DNA from: Patescibacteria group bacterium | GTDB lineage: Bacteria; Patescibacteriota; Patescibacteriia; UBA9934 | Direction: 5' to 3' | Assembly (NCBI GenBank): GCA_041666205.1 | Contig: JBAYHI010000001.1 | Location: 90,894 to 154,893 of the forward strand | DNA length: 64,000 nt | Shown: in pieces, positions 41,159-50,861 of the stretch | Numbering within the stretch: the stretch's first letter is position 1 | Layout: every line of letters starts with the position of its first letter | The notes under the pieces: generated by a model | Seen by the model: the letters and a program-made list of their open reading frames with translations, nothing else | Told to the model about the DNA's origin: nothing | The model's database searches: none | Program-made: the position numbers and the translations under genes

Positions 41159-42583
41159 CTAGCGCGAAGTGACGAGGTCATTCCGGCGGTAGACGCGGAA
41201 CGCGTCGTTGTCGAACGACTCCATGGTGTAGTGATCCTGGAGCCACTCGGCGAACTCCGGCCAGGCCTTGAACTTATCGTATCCGCGAGGATCGCTCGCT
41301 TTCGCGGTTACGAAGTAGTCCGGTGGACGCAGTTGCACTTCCGAAAAGAATCGGTCGCGCATGCCACGTCTTGTTTTGGAATCCGATCCCATGAAGAGAC
41401 ACAGGTCGTACTGCATCCCTGTCGCAGGAAGTCTTCCTGTGCGGAACAGCGCGTTTGGCACGTCATCGACGAATGCCAACGGCTGGATCCGCGCGTCGCG
41501 TGGGAGTTTCTCGATCACTCCCATGAGAGACGGCGTTGCGGGATACGCTTCCTCAAGGGCGCGCACATGCGCTTCGTCGCTTGGCACGAAGTACATGACG
41601 GGCCAGGTGAGCGCAAGCCCCACCGCGATCATTCTCACCCCAATCCATTCGAGGCGTTGCGCTGTTTCCATGAGCGCGAGCGATCCGAATGCGACCAGAG
41701 GAATGAAGTGGTAGGGGAACCCTTTATTTTGCGCCACCACGTGGACGATTCCGAGAAGTGCCATGGACCACATCACGTTATGGCGTGATGGCGACCGAAT
41801 GAGCGCGAGCGTACTGACGAGCAGCACGAGCGCCATGAAGGTGAACCGCATCCACATGGGGGTGGACGGCATGAAGCCGTAGGAATGATCCCCGGCGTAG
41901 AACGGCGTCAGCTCAGTCATGGTCCACACGAAGTCGGGCATCACCTGGATTTTTTCAATCCATGCGATGGTGACAACCCAGGGGATGGCAATTCCTGGCA
42001 GCACCCACCACCGTTTTGCTTGTTTGGTCGTGAGCGCAAAGATGGCAAGCGGAACTGCAAACAGGATGGCGTTCACCTTCACGGTTGACGCGTATCCAAT
42101 CAGCAGCCCCGCCATTACCATGCTCGTTTTTCCACGTTTGGCGAAGATGAGCGTAGCGGCGCCAAGGAAGCAGCAGACCACCACGAGCTCGCGCTGCATG
42201 GTGCCGTTGGCTCCAAGAAACATGAGGTGGAACCCGACAAAGCACAGTGCGGGCGCCAGTCGGAAGTTATTTCCGGCCCCAAGTCTCCACAGAAGCCAGG
42301 CGCAGAGCGCAAGCACGAGTTGATCCGCGATGCGGAAACACTCGTCCGCCAGACTCACGGTGAGAAGTGCCGCGAAATAGAGGATGGTCCCGGGCTGGTT
42401 GAACTCGATGAGGACCTTGTAGGGCGTCATGCCCTGCATGATCCACCAAGTGGAACAGCGGAGTTTCTGCGTATCCGGTCCAATACTCATGTGAATGCTT
42501 GCGATGGAGATGGCCCCGAGGAGCCCAATCACCAACGCTGCAAGAATCGTCCACCAATTCAGAAACCGCTTATTGGAATTCAC
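41159..42583 (-). CDS. polytopic membrane glycosyltransferase (GT-C fold, ArnT/PMT-like family 39 type)
   Basis: 474 aa with about 11 TM segments, an early loop carrying an acidic pair (LADE) and a large C-terminal soluble domain. GC-rich codon usage. This is a family-level guess only. Confidence 0.5.
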   Translation of the reverse strand: MNSNKRFLNWWTILAALVIGLLGAISIASIHMSIGPDTQKLRCSTWWIMQGMTPYKVLIEFNQPGTILYFAALLTVSLADECFRIADQLVLALCAWLLWRLGAGNNFRLAPALCFVGFHLMFLGANGTMQRELVVVCCFLGAATLIFAKRGKTSMVMAGLLIGYASTVKVNAILFAVPLAIFALTTKQAKRWWVLPGIAIPWVVTIAWIEKIQVMPDFVWTMTELTPFYAGDHSYGFMPSTPMWMRFTFMALVLLVSTLALIRSPSRHNVMWSMALLGIVHVVAQNKGFPYHFIPLVAFGSLALMETAQRLEWIGVRMIAVGLALTWPVMYFVPSDEAHVRALEEAYPATPSLMGVIEKLPRDARIQPLAFVDDVPNALFRTGRLPATGMQYDLCLFMGSDSKTRRGMRDRFFSEVQLRPPDYFVTAKASDPRGYDKFKAWPEFAEWLQDHYTMESFDNDAFRVYRRNDLVTSR

Positions 42584-42662
42584 GGGAAACCTCGATGTAA
42601 AGGTGCGATGAACTAACGATCCTAGCGCAAAAAATTGAAAAAGTCAATCATTTGCCTAAAAC

Positions 42663-42689
42663 AAAACGCTCCCGGCAAGGGAGCGTTTT
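42663..42689. terminator. bidirectional intrinsic terminator after the SPFH gene
   Basis: AAAACGCTCCC-ggcaa-GGGAGCGTTTT. Confidence 0.65.
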
Positions 42690-42700
42690 GATGGAATGGA

Positions 42701-43450
42701 TTATTGATTCTTTTTGAAACCTTCCAAAGCGTGCAAGATTTCAATTGGCATCGCAAAGATGATTGTATTGGATGCATCGCTTGAAACGTCATTGATGGTG
42801 GAAAGCGTTCGCAAGTGAAGGGCACCAGGTGCGCTCGAAAGCGTGGTGGCAGCTTGGCGGAGGTTTTCCGCAGCTTGCACTTCCCCTTGAGCTTTAATGA
42901 CGACAGCACGTCGTTCACGTTCAGCTTCGGCTTGTTTTCCGATGGTTCGTTTCATTTCTTCTGGCAAGTTGATGTCTTTGAGTTCCACGTTTTCTACACG
43001 GATACCCCATGGATCTGTGAGACTATCAACAATCTCTTTGATCTTGAGGGATGCACTTTCTCGGTTTGAGAGAAGTTCATCGAGCTCCATTGCTCCAACC
43101 ACGTTTCGCATGGTGGTTTGCGCTAGCTGGCTTACCGCATAGGTGAAGTTTTCAACTTCAATCACGGCTTTGGAAGCGTCGCTTACTTTGTAGTAAATAA
43201 CCGCATTGATACGAGCGGAAACGTTGTCTTTGGTAATCGCTTCCTGATCGGGTACGTCAACCGCTTTGATACGAATATCAACACGCGCCATGCTTTGAAT
43301 AACAGGAAAAACAATGTGCCAACCAGGTTCAAGCACTTTTGTGAATTTTCCAAGCTGGAATTTCACCCCGCGCTGATATTGGTTGACCTGCTTAATGCTT
43401 GCAAGAACAAGGACGAGGGCAAAGGTTGCAATGAAATAAAGGAATTCCAT
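42701..43450 (-). CDS. SPFH/band-7 (stomatin/prohibitin-like) protein
   Basis: N-terminal TM anchor, an SPFH core, and the coiled-coil ERERRAVVIKAQGE region. Confidence 0.85.
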   Translation of the reverse strand: MEFLYFIATFALVLVLASIKQVNQYQRGVKFQLGKFTKVLEPGWHIVFPVIQSMARVDIRIKAVDVPDQEAITKDNVSARINAVIYYKVSDASKAVIEVENFTYAVSQLAQTTMRNVVGAMELDELLSNRESASLKIKEIVDSLTDPWGIRVENVELKDINLPEEMKRTIGKQAEAERERRAVVIKAQGEVQAAENLRQAATTLSSAPGALHLRTLSTINDVSSDASNTIIFAMPIEILHALEGFKKNQ

Positions 43451-43507
43451 AGATTTGCCGTTTATTGGCTTATGAAAACGCTAGCAGAAAAATGGGAAAA
43501 AGTAAAG

Positions 43508-43558
43508 CGTAGGGGTCGGGTCTCCCGACCCGGCGGGCGAGGGAACCTCGCCCGTACG
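43508..43558. repeat. family-1 GC-rich palindromic element (compound, two hairpins)
   Basis: CGTAGGGG-TCGGGTCTCCCGACCC-GGCGGGCGAGGGAACCTCGCCCGTACG, with the further palindrome ACGTTGCCTGCAACGT downstream. Confidence 0.6.
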
Positions 43559-43679
43559 ACGATTCGCCGTAGGGACGTTGCCTGCAACGTAAAATCCTGT
43601 GTCATTGCGAGGACGACCGAAGGGAGGACGAAGCAATCTACTGGCGGAGAGTAAGAATTTTCGCTATTATTGACCGAGT

Positions 43680-44708
43680 ATGGTTCGAATTTTGGGAATT
43701 GAATCGAGTTGCGATGAAACCGCGCTAGCGCTCGTTGTTCGAAATGAAATCGATTTATTGGCCGTTGAGAAAAGCGAAGTGCTTTCACAGGTGAAAATTC
43801 ACAAGGAATATGGTGGCGTGGTGCCCGAGGTTGCGGCGCGCATGCATTTGCAAGCCATTTTCCCCATGCTCGAGCATGAAATCAATCACGCGGGCGAGGG
43901 GATCGATGCGATTTGCGTCACGGCTGGCCCTGGACTCCCGCCAGCGCTTCGCACCGGCGTTGAAGTTGCCAAGGCGCTTGCGTGGCTTTGGAAAAAGCCT
44001 CTTATTCCTTTGAGTCACATGGAAGGCCACATTTACGCAAATTGGCTTGCCGAGGGCACCACGCCACAATTCCCAGCGCTTTGTCTTATTGTCTCCGGCG
44101 GGCACACTGAGCTCATTCTCATGCGCGGTCATGGCCAGTTCGAGCGTCTGGGGGAAACGCTCGACGACGCTGCTGGCGAAGCATTCGATAAGGGCGCGAA
44201 AATGCTCGGCCTCCCATATCCCGGAGGCCCAAATATCGCGCGCTTGGCAGAAAGCGGGAATCCAATCGCATTTGATTTTCCTCGCGGACTTTTGAAAGAG
44301 CCAAATTTGAATTTTAGTTTTGCCGGACTCAAAACGTCGCTTCTTTATCTTTTACGAAAAAACGAAGAGAAGATGCAGGACGAATTTTTTATGGCAGATA
44401 TCGCCGCATCGTATCAAGAAGCCATTATTGACGTGCTATTAAAAAAGACCGCGCGCGCTGTGGCTCAGTATCGCCCGCAAAGTGTCCTCTTGGCTGGTGG
44501 GGTTGCGGCAAATACGGAACTGCGTGCACGATTTGAAAAAGAAATCGGCAGAAAATTTGGGGTTGCCACGCATGTTCCGCTCATTCCGTATGCCATGGAT
44601 AATGCGGCTATGATTGCGGCGGCAGGGTGTTTCCGATTTGGGAATGAGAAGAATTATATCGATCCGCTGGCATTAAAGGCGGATCCGAATCTCGATTTAA
44701 CGAATTAA
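43680..44708 (+). CDS. tsaD: tRNA N6-adenosine threonylcarbamoyltransferase
   Basis: MVRILGIESSCDETALAL... and the HxxGH metal-binding motifs of Kae1/TsaD. Confidence 0.95.
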   Translation: MVRILGIESSCDETALALVVRNEIDLLAVEKSEVLSQVKIHKEYGGVVPEVAARMHLQAIFPMLEHEINHAGEGIDAICVTAGPGLPPALRTGVEVAKALAWLWKKPLIPLSHMEGHIYANWLAEGTTPQFPALCLIVSGGHTELILMRGHGQFERLGETLDDAAGEAFDKGAKMLGLPYPGGPNIARLAESGNPIAFDFPRGLLKEPNLNFSFAGLKTSLLYLLRKNEEKMQDEFFMADIAASYQEAIIDVLLKKTARAVAQYRPQSVLLAGGVAANTELRARFEKEIGRKFGVATHVPLIPYAMDNAAMIAAAGCFRFGNEKNYIDPLALKADPNLDLTN

Positions 44709-44767
44709 TCGCCGTACGGGCGGGGTTTCCCCGCCCGATCGGGTCGGGGGACCCGACCCCTACGGCG
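44709..44767. repeat. family-1 GC-rich palindromic element (compound) between tsaD and tsaE
   Basis: CGCCGTACGGGCGGGGTTTCCCCGCCC-GATC-GGGTCGGGGGACCCGACCCCTACGGCG: outer inverted termini with two internal hairpins. Confidence 0.6.
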
Positions 44768-44778
44768 AATCAAGAAGT

Positions 44779-45195
44779 ATGATCTACGAATCCCATAGCG
44801 CAGAACAAACCAAAAAAATCGCTTTTGATTTTGCGAAAACCCTTCACGGCGGGGAGGTGATTGAACTCCTGGGTGATTTAGGTGCTGGTAAAACCACGTT
44901 CGTGCAAGGCGTAGCGCAGGCGCTCGGCACAACCGCGCGCGTCAAAAGTCCGACGTTTACCATCATGCATGAATACCCGGTGAACCACGAGAATATTAAA
45001 AAAATTGTTCACCTTGATTTGTATCGCTTTAAAGAAAGTGTTCAACTCGAAGCATTGGCTTTAGAAGATGAGCAGGGAAGTGATTCAGTCATCTTCATTG
45101 AGTGGCCAAATACGGTTGAGGTATTGCCGGTGCCCACGACGCAGAAAATTCAGTTTGAATGGGTGGGTGAAAACGAGCGAAAAATTGAAATATAA
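44779..45195 (+). CDS. tsaE: tRNA threonylcarbamoyladenosine biosynthesis ATPase TsaE
   Basis: P-loop [13 protein letters not shown] and the typical size (138 aa). Confidence 0.85.
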   Translation: MIYESHSAEQTKKIAFDFAKTLHGGEVIELLGDLGAGKTTFVQGVAQALGTTARVKSPTFTIMHEYPVNHENIKKIVHLDLYRFKESVQLEALALEDEQGSDSVIFIEWPNTVEVLPVPTTQKIQFEWVGENERKIEI

Positions 45196-45197
45196 AA

Positions 45198-45224
45198 TCC
45201 CCTCAACGGAGGGGATTTTTTTAA
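45198..45224. terminator. intrinsic terminator (AATCCCCTC-aacg-GAGGGGATTTTTTT)
   Basis: Hairpin plus T-run between the convergent tsaE and the minus-strand hypothetical gene; related to the CCCCGAGAGGGGATTTTT elements around the Nudix gene. Confidence 0.6.
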
Positions 45225-46063
45225 GCGGCTTGTTGTTTTGTCTCTTGTTCTGGATGAGGATTTGTTTTTTTCCGTAATTGTTTGATATCACGAATTGTCT
45301 GAATGGCATGCAGATATTCTTCTGCGTTGTCGTAGAAGCTTGTTAAACGATCGAAGAGTAAATTTGATCTACTGAGTGTGAATTTTTTTTCTAGTACATT
45401 CCCAAGGTGTTCAACTGGTTCTAGCTGAGGGGTATCAAATTCCGTTGTGATTCCCGTCTCTTCCGGCGTCAAATCACCGGCATAAATTACCCCTGGAAAA
45501 CGGTCTACATTTTCATCTTGTTCCTTTTTTGCCTCGTGTTGTTGACGCATGAGTGGTTGATTCTCAAGTTTTTTTAAATTTTCTGCACGAATCCGCAAGA
45601 CCTCTGGGCTTGATTCAAGAAGTTTTTTTTGTTTTAAGAAATTCTCTTCATTTTTTTGTCTTGCAGTCTCTTTATGGCGAAAATATTCCTCAAAAGAATA
45701 GACGGGGATTTCCGGGTCGAGTTCATATAAGAGATTTTGCAGTTCGAGAAATCGCTCTTCATACGCCCGGTATTGTCGTTTGAGTTCTGCAAGAGATAAT
45801 TCACCCATGCGATATTGATGTTCCCATCGTTGCGCTTTTCCATACAGATCCGGCTCTGATGGATTTTTTTCAAAATAAGACGTGAGCGCAGCCGATTCAA
45901 AATTTATGCGCGGGCGTTCAATGTCGACTCGACCCTTGCGAGGTTTAATGATTGTTTCTCCATCACTTGTGACTTCAGGGGTGAGTCTTTTTTCTTTCGG
46001 GCGGATTGGGGGAGGCGACAAAACAATTTTTTCAAATTCAGAACCTCGCATGCGTTCGTGCAT
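45221..46063 (-). CDS. hypothetical protein (280 aa, charged, coiled-coil-rich)
   Basis: A long ORF with backbone-like codon usage; no motif recognised. Confidence 0.45.
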   Translation of the reverse strand: MHERMRGSEFEKIVLSPPPIRPKEKRLTPEVTSDGETIIKPRKGRVDIERPRINFESAALTSYFEKNPSEPDLYGKAQRWEHQYRMGELSLAELKRQYRAYEERFLELQNLLYELDPEIPVYSFEEYFRHKETARQKNEENFLKQKKLLESSPEVLRIRAENLKKLENQPLMRQQHEAKKEQDENVDRFPGVIYAGDLTPEETGITTEFDTPQLEPVEHLGNVLEKKFTLSRSNLLFDRLTSFYDNAEEYLHAIQTIRDIKQLRKKTNPHPEQETKQQAA

Positions 46064-46067
46064 AGAT

Positions 46068-47822
46068 TTATCCGACGATGCGTAACACCTCGTCGATGGA
46101 TGTTAATCCCTCCGCGGCTTTTAAAACGCCGTCTTGAGCCATTGTAACCATTCCTTGTTTTTGCGCAACTTCGCGCATGGCGTATTCGGAAATATTGCTC
46201 TCAAGAATGAATTTTTCAATGGCTGCGTCTTTAATGAGAATTTCGTAGAGCCCGATGCGTCCTTTATAACCCGTGCCACTGCAGACATCGCATCCTTTTG
46301 CCGTGAAGAATTTCACCGTGCTCAAATCAGGTTTTGTTTCGCCCGAGGTTTCTGGAATGGTTGCAATCAGTTCCTCAACTTTTTTCTTGGTGTCCGCATC
46401 GAGTGTTACTGGCGTTTTACATTTATCGCAGAGCCGTCGCGCCAAGCGCTGACCCATGATGGCGTTAATGGCTGGCGCGAGCAAGAATGGCTTCACGCCC
46501 ATGGAAACAAATCGCGGAATGGCGCCTGCGGCATCGTTGGTGTGGATGGTCGAGAGCATCAAGTGACCGGTGAGGGAGGCTTGAATGGCCGTTTCGGCCG
46601 TTTCCAAATCGCGAATTTCTCCAACCATGATGATGTCAGGGTCTTGGCGCAGAATAGATTTCAAGCCTTTTGCAAACGTATAATCTTTGCTTGTGTCGAT
46701 CTGGGATTGATTGATGCCTTGAATCTTATATTCAATTGGATCTTCCAACGTGATGATTTTTACGCCCGGTTCATTGAGGCGCTCCAAAATTGCGTAAAGC
46801 GTGGTGGTTTTACCAGATCCGGTTGGACCGGTGGTCACAATCATGCCGTGAGGTTTGACGATTTCCGCTTCAAGACGTTTTAGGGACGCGGGGCGGAATC
46901 CAAGATTGGCAAATTCGAGTTTAACGGATTCGGTATTTAAAATACGCAAGACAACAGATTCCCCCCAGGCAGTCGGAAGCGTTGAAACACGAACGTCGAT
47001 TTTGTTCTTTTTTTGGTAAATCGTAAATCGTCCATCTTGCGGGCGATCCACAATATTAATTTTGAGGCCGGCAATGAGTTTGATGCGACTGATAATCTTT
47101 TTCCACTGTGAGCTGTCCAAGACAGCGGCTTCTTGCAAAATGCCGTCCACACGGAATCGAATGGCAATGCCAACTTCTTCTGCCTCAACGTGAATGTCGG
47201 ACGACCCGAGTTTGAGTGCTGCCGCAATTACGATTGCCAGTACGTCGGTCATGTTAGCGCCCGATAGCACCGTGGCAATGTCGCCGATTTTCTCCATCTT
47301 TTTTTGATACTCCGCGAGTTCTTCTTCTTTGATTTGCACGCCCTTAATGACTGCTTTGATTTTGGGAAGATTTGCGTAGAGTTTAAAACCTTCTTGGAAA
47401 CTTTCTTCCGTAATTTTATAAAGGGCGCCGTGGGCTTTATTGCGTTCGCCCAGTTGAAACACCAAATCTTTCACACGTTGATCGCTCGGATCAATGGCGG
47501 CCACGCGAAATTCCGATCCGGTAAATAAAAATGAAATCACCTTGAGCTCCGTGGATTGTGCTTCTGGAATGAGGGTGAGTGCATCGGGCGAAATAGGGAA
47601 GCCCTTCAAATTCACATATTCAACGCCAAGCATGCTGGCTTGTGATTGTGCTTCTGCTTCTTTCCCTGCGAGCTCAACGTGTTGCATTTTTTCTTCGAGC
47701 TTTCCTTCTGTTTTTTGAACCGAAGAAATATCAGCAGGTTTTGCCAAGGGAATCGGGGCCTGACCAGCAGGAGGAGTTGCTGGCGCCATTAAATCTTCAA
47801 TCGAGGGGAGATCTTGCGTCAT
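46068..47822 (-). CDS. pilB: type IV pilus / type II secretion assembly ATPase (GspE/PilB family)
   Basis: Walker A GPTGSGKTTT, Asp box, His box, and the tetracysteine CDKC...CDVC motif. Confidence 0.9.
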   Translation of the reverse strand: MTQDLPSIEDLMAPATPPAGQAPIPLAKPADISSVQKTEGKLEEKMQHVELAGKEAEAQSQASMLGVEYVNLKGFPISPDALTLIPEAQSTELKVISFLFTGSEFRVAAIDPSDQRVKDLVFQLGERNKAHGALYKITEESFQEGFKLYANLPKIKAVIKGVQIKEEELAEYQKKMEKIGDIATVLSGANMTDVLAIVIAAALKLGSSDIHVEAEEVGIAIRFRVDGILQEAAVLDSSQWKKIISRIKLIAGLKINIVDRPQDGRFTIYQKKNKIDVRVSTLPTAWGESVVLRILNTESVKLEFANLGFRPASLKRLEAEIVKPHGMIVTTGPTGSGKTTTLYAILERLNEPGVKIITLEDPIEYKIQGINQSQIDTSKDYTFAKGLKSILRQDPDIIMVGEIRDLETAETAIQASLTGHLMLSTIHTNDAAGAIPRFVSMGVKPFLLAPAINAIMGQRLARRLCDKCKTPVTLDADTKKKVEELIATIPETSGETKPDLSTVKFFTAKGCDVCSGTGYKGRIGLYEILIKDAAIEKFILESNISEYAMREVAQKQGMVTMAQDGVLKAAEGLTSIDEVLRIVG

Positions 47823-48880
47823 GTACGAGAAAATAAGGAGAAAAATTTTCGACTCAGATGTTCAAGTGCCGGATGCCATTTAATAAATCGCAATCGTTGC
47901 GCGCATTCCACCCAAACGGCGTAGTTGAAGGTGGTAATAAATGCGGTGTAGAGAAGCCCGGCTGTTACAATCAGGAGAAATCCAAGGATGGAAAAAATCG
48001 TGGATCCGGCGCCAACGCCCCAAGCAATGAGCACGGCCGAGAGAAGTCCCAGAGGAATGTAGAGCACAAAGAGAATGAGAATTCCCACGAATGCGACCAC
48101 AAGGTTGAGAAGATAAAGCAAGAGCCCAAGTTCAATCGCGAGCAACCAGTGATGGCGCAAGAGGCGACTTGTATCTTTCAGTGCGTCAACGATCGATTTT
48201 CCTGCATGCACAATATCTACAATGAGGAGCATGCCAAATAGATTGATGATGAGAAAGAGCGGAATGAGCAGGGTATAGAATGCGGCAAAAATGAGCATGT
48301 GCGCATCGGGGTTGGTCTCAAGAAGCCAGCCCAATGGGAATGATGCACCAAGCACAAGCAGCACGAGGATGATGATGACAGAAAGGTTTACGCCCGCAAG
48401 ACGGAACAGATGCAGATGATGCACGCCCGCAAGTAATTCTCGCCACGAAAGATGCGTTTGCATGACCGATGCGCGATACACGCCTTTCACGAGCACCTGC
48501 TGAGCAATAAGGGAACACACAATCACGAGTGCGATTGCAGCAACACCAAGCACGATGCTCAAAATCGTGCGCCAGGAATCTTCCACCATGAGTTGTTGCG
48601 CCCATTCAAGAATCCATGGGAATTGATCAACAAGGACTTGTTTCATGGCCGTGCCCATTTCATTGGCAGGTTCTAGGCGCCAAAAAATATTGAGGACTTG
48701 TTGGAAGACGGCGCCGGAATTTAAGAGCGACGCAAAAATCGCAAATACCCACAATTCCTTGTGCTGTCTTGCGATTTTCCACGCTCGTTCCAAAATCGTG
48801 TGATAGATGTCGAGGGTAGAACCAAACCGTAATAATTGCATACCTCCAAAAAACAAAAACGCTCCATGGGTATTATACAC
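47819..48880 (-). CDS. polytopic membrane protein, translationally coupled to pilB (possible pilus-associated)
   Basis: Its stop overlaps the pilB start by 4 nt; about 8 hydrophobic segments; not clearly GspF/PilC. Confidence 0.45.
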   Translation of the reverse strand: MYNTHGAFLFFGGMQLLRFGSTLDIYHTILERAWKIARQHKELWVFAIFASLLNSGAVFQQVLNIFWRLEPANEMGTAMKQVLVDQFPWILEWAQQLMVEDSWRTILSIVLGVAAIALVIVCSLIAQQVLVKGVYRASVMQTHLSWRELLAGVHHLHLFRLAGVNLSVIIILVLLVLGASFPLGWLLETNPDAHMLIFAAFYTLLIPLFLIINLFGMLLIVDIVHAGKSIVDALKDTSRLLRHHWLLAIELGLLLYLLNLVVAFVGILILFVLYIPLGLLSAVLIAWGVGAGSTIFSILGFLLIVTAGLLYTAFITTFNYAVWVECAQRLRFIKWHPALEHLSRKFFSLFSRT

Positions 48881-48897
48881 GGAGCGCCTTTCTTCTT

Positions 48898-50748
48898 CTA
48901 CTGTGACGGTCGAATCTCCAGGCTTGGGCGCGGGGCGTGTGGACCAACAATCGCTTCGAATGCTTCTTTTTCGATTGTTTCGGTCTTCAAGAGCGCTTCC
49001 ACGACCGCATCGAGTTTTGCGCGTTCCTTGTGGATGATTGCGGTTGCGCGATCGAGCGCTTCGCCAACGAGTCGTCGCACTTCGGCATCGATGTCTTGCG
49101 CGGTTTTTTCGGAATAGTCACGCTTCTCGTGAATTTCTTTCCCAAGGAAGATGAGCTCCTCGGTTTCTCCGTAGGTTCGAGCTCCAAGCGATTCGCTCAT
49201 GCCGTATTGGGTTGCATACGATTTTGCCATCTGTGTGACTTTTTTCAAATCATTGGATGGCCCGGTTGAAACGTCGCCAAAAATCGCGCGCTCCACGGCG
49301 TATCCACCCAAGATCATGGCCATATCGTCGAGGAATTCCTGGCGATGGTGAATTTTTTTGTCTTCACTTGGCAAACTCATGGTGTAGCCTGCTGCCATGC
49401 CACGCGAGATAATGGAAATTTTGTGCACGTCGTCGGCGCAGGGAAGGAAGTGACCAACGATGGCGTGGCCAGCTTCGTGGTAGGCCGTGATTTTTCGTTC
49501 ATCGGGCGAGAGCACCGAGCTTTTGCGCTCAGGCCCCAGCATGACTTTTTCAATCGCATTGAGTAAGTGGATCTGTGAAATTTTCTTTTTATTTTCGCGT
49601 GCCGCAAGAATGGCGCCTTCGTTCATGATGTTCATGAGATCGGCTCCGGAGAATCCAATCGTGCGCTCGGCAATGCGGCGAAGCGCCACATCTTCTTCGA
49701 GCGGTTTACCCACCGCATGCGTTTGCAAGATTTGTTCGCGCTCCACGAGGTTTGGCAAATCAAGCGTGACTTGGCGATCAAATCGGCCCGGGCGCAAAAG
49801 CGCGGGGTCAAGCACATCGGGTCGGTTTGTGGCAGCAATTACAATCACTCCGCTATTTGGATCAAATCCATCCATCTCCACCAAGATTTGATTGAGCGTT
49901 TGCTCACGTTCATCGTGTCCGCCCCCAAGCCCTGCGCCACGCTGACGTCCCACCGCATCGATTTCATCGATGAAGATAATACATGGTGCGGTCTTTTTTG
50001 CTTTCGCAAATAAATCGCGCACACGCGAGGCGCCAACGCCCACGAACATTTCCACAAATTCCGATCCGGAGATGTGGAAAAATGGTACGTTTGCTTCGCC
50101 CGCAACCGCGCGCGCGAGAAGCGTTTTTCCGGTTCCAGGTCGACCCATCAGCAAGACGCCTTTTGGAATCTTGGCGCCGACCTCGATATATTTTTTTGGA
50201 TGCTTCAAAAAGTCTACGATTTCGGTGAGTTCTTCTTTTGCTTCTTTTGCACCCGCCACATCTTTGAACGTGACTTTATTCTTTTTTGAACTTGCTTCTT
50301 TTGCATGCGCTTGTCCAAATGAGAGCGCTTTATTATTTGCGCCTTGCATCTGCCGAGAAATCAGCCAGAAAACGACCACAAATCCAATCAAGAACAAAAG
50401 GGTTGGCAAAATTGATTTCATGATGGAAATCGCAGCGCTTGGATCCTTTGTTTCAATTTGGACTTTTTGCAATTGCTCGGTGGTGACGCCGTAATTGGTG
50501 AGAAGCTCGGAAAGGGATTGGCTTGATTCTTTTTTTGCCAAGAAGGTTGTGCCGTTTTGATCAATAATGGTGAGAAGATCTTCTTGCACCGTTACAGACG
50601 CCACATCGCCCGCTTCAATTTTTTCAATGAAGTTCGTGGTTGAGATGGTTTCTGGTTTATCGGTTTTTAGCTGATACGAAGAAAAAATCACGCCCAGCGC
50701 AACGATCATAAGGAGGAAGATGATGAGATTTTTTGAAAGGGGTTTCAT
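48898..50748 (-). CDS. ftsH: ATP-dependent zinc metalloprotease FtsH
   Basis: N-terminal TM, AAA module (GPPGTGKT, second region of homology), and the HEAGH zinc site. Confidence 0.95.
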   Translation of the reverse strand: MKPLSKNLIIFLLMIVALGVIFSSYQLKTDKPETISTTNFIEKIEAGDVASVTVQEDLLTIIDQNGTTFLAKKESSQSLSELLTNYGVTTEQLQKVQIETKDPSAAISIMKSILPTLLFLIGFVVVFWLISRQMQGANNKALSFGQAHAKEASSKKNKVTFKDVAGAKEAKEELTEIVDFLKHPKKYIEVGAKIPKGVLLMGRPGTGKTLLARAVAGEANVPFFHISGSEFVEMFVGVGASRVRDLFAKAKKTAPCIIFIDEIDAVGRQRGAGLGGGHDEREQTLNQILVEMDGFDPNSGVIVIAATNRPDVLDPALLRPGRFDRQVTLDLPNLVEREQILQTHAVGKPLEEDVALRRIAERTIGFSGADLMNIMNEGAILAARENKKKISQIHLLNAIEKVMLGPERKSSVLSPDERKITAYHEAGHAIVGHFLPCADDVHKISIISRGMAAGYTMSLPSEDKKIHHRQEFLDDMAMILGGYAVERAIFGDVSTGPSNDLKKVTQMAKSYATQYGMSESLGARTYGETEELIFLGKEIHEKRDYSEKTAQDIDAEVRRLVGEALDRATAIIHKERAKLDAVVEALLKTETIEKEAFEAIVGPHAPRPSLEIRPSQ

Positions 50749-50861
50749 AAGGGTATTTGAAGCGGAATCGTATCATGGGATTTCGGGTTTGAGAAGGGGT
50801 ATCATTTTATCGTCATCGAGATAGAAATGAATTATAATGGTCTCAGATAATTAGAGATTTT

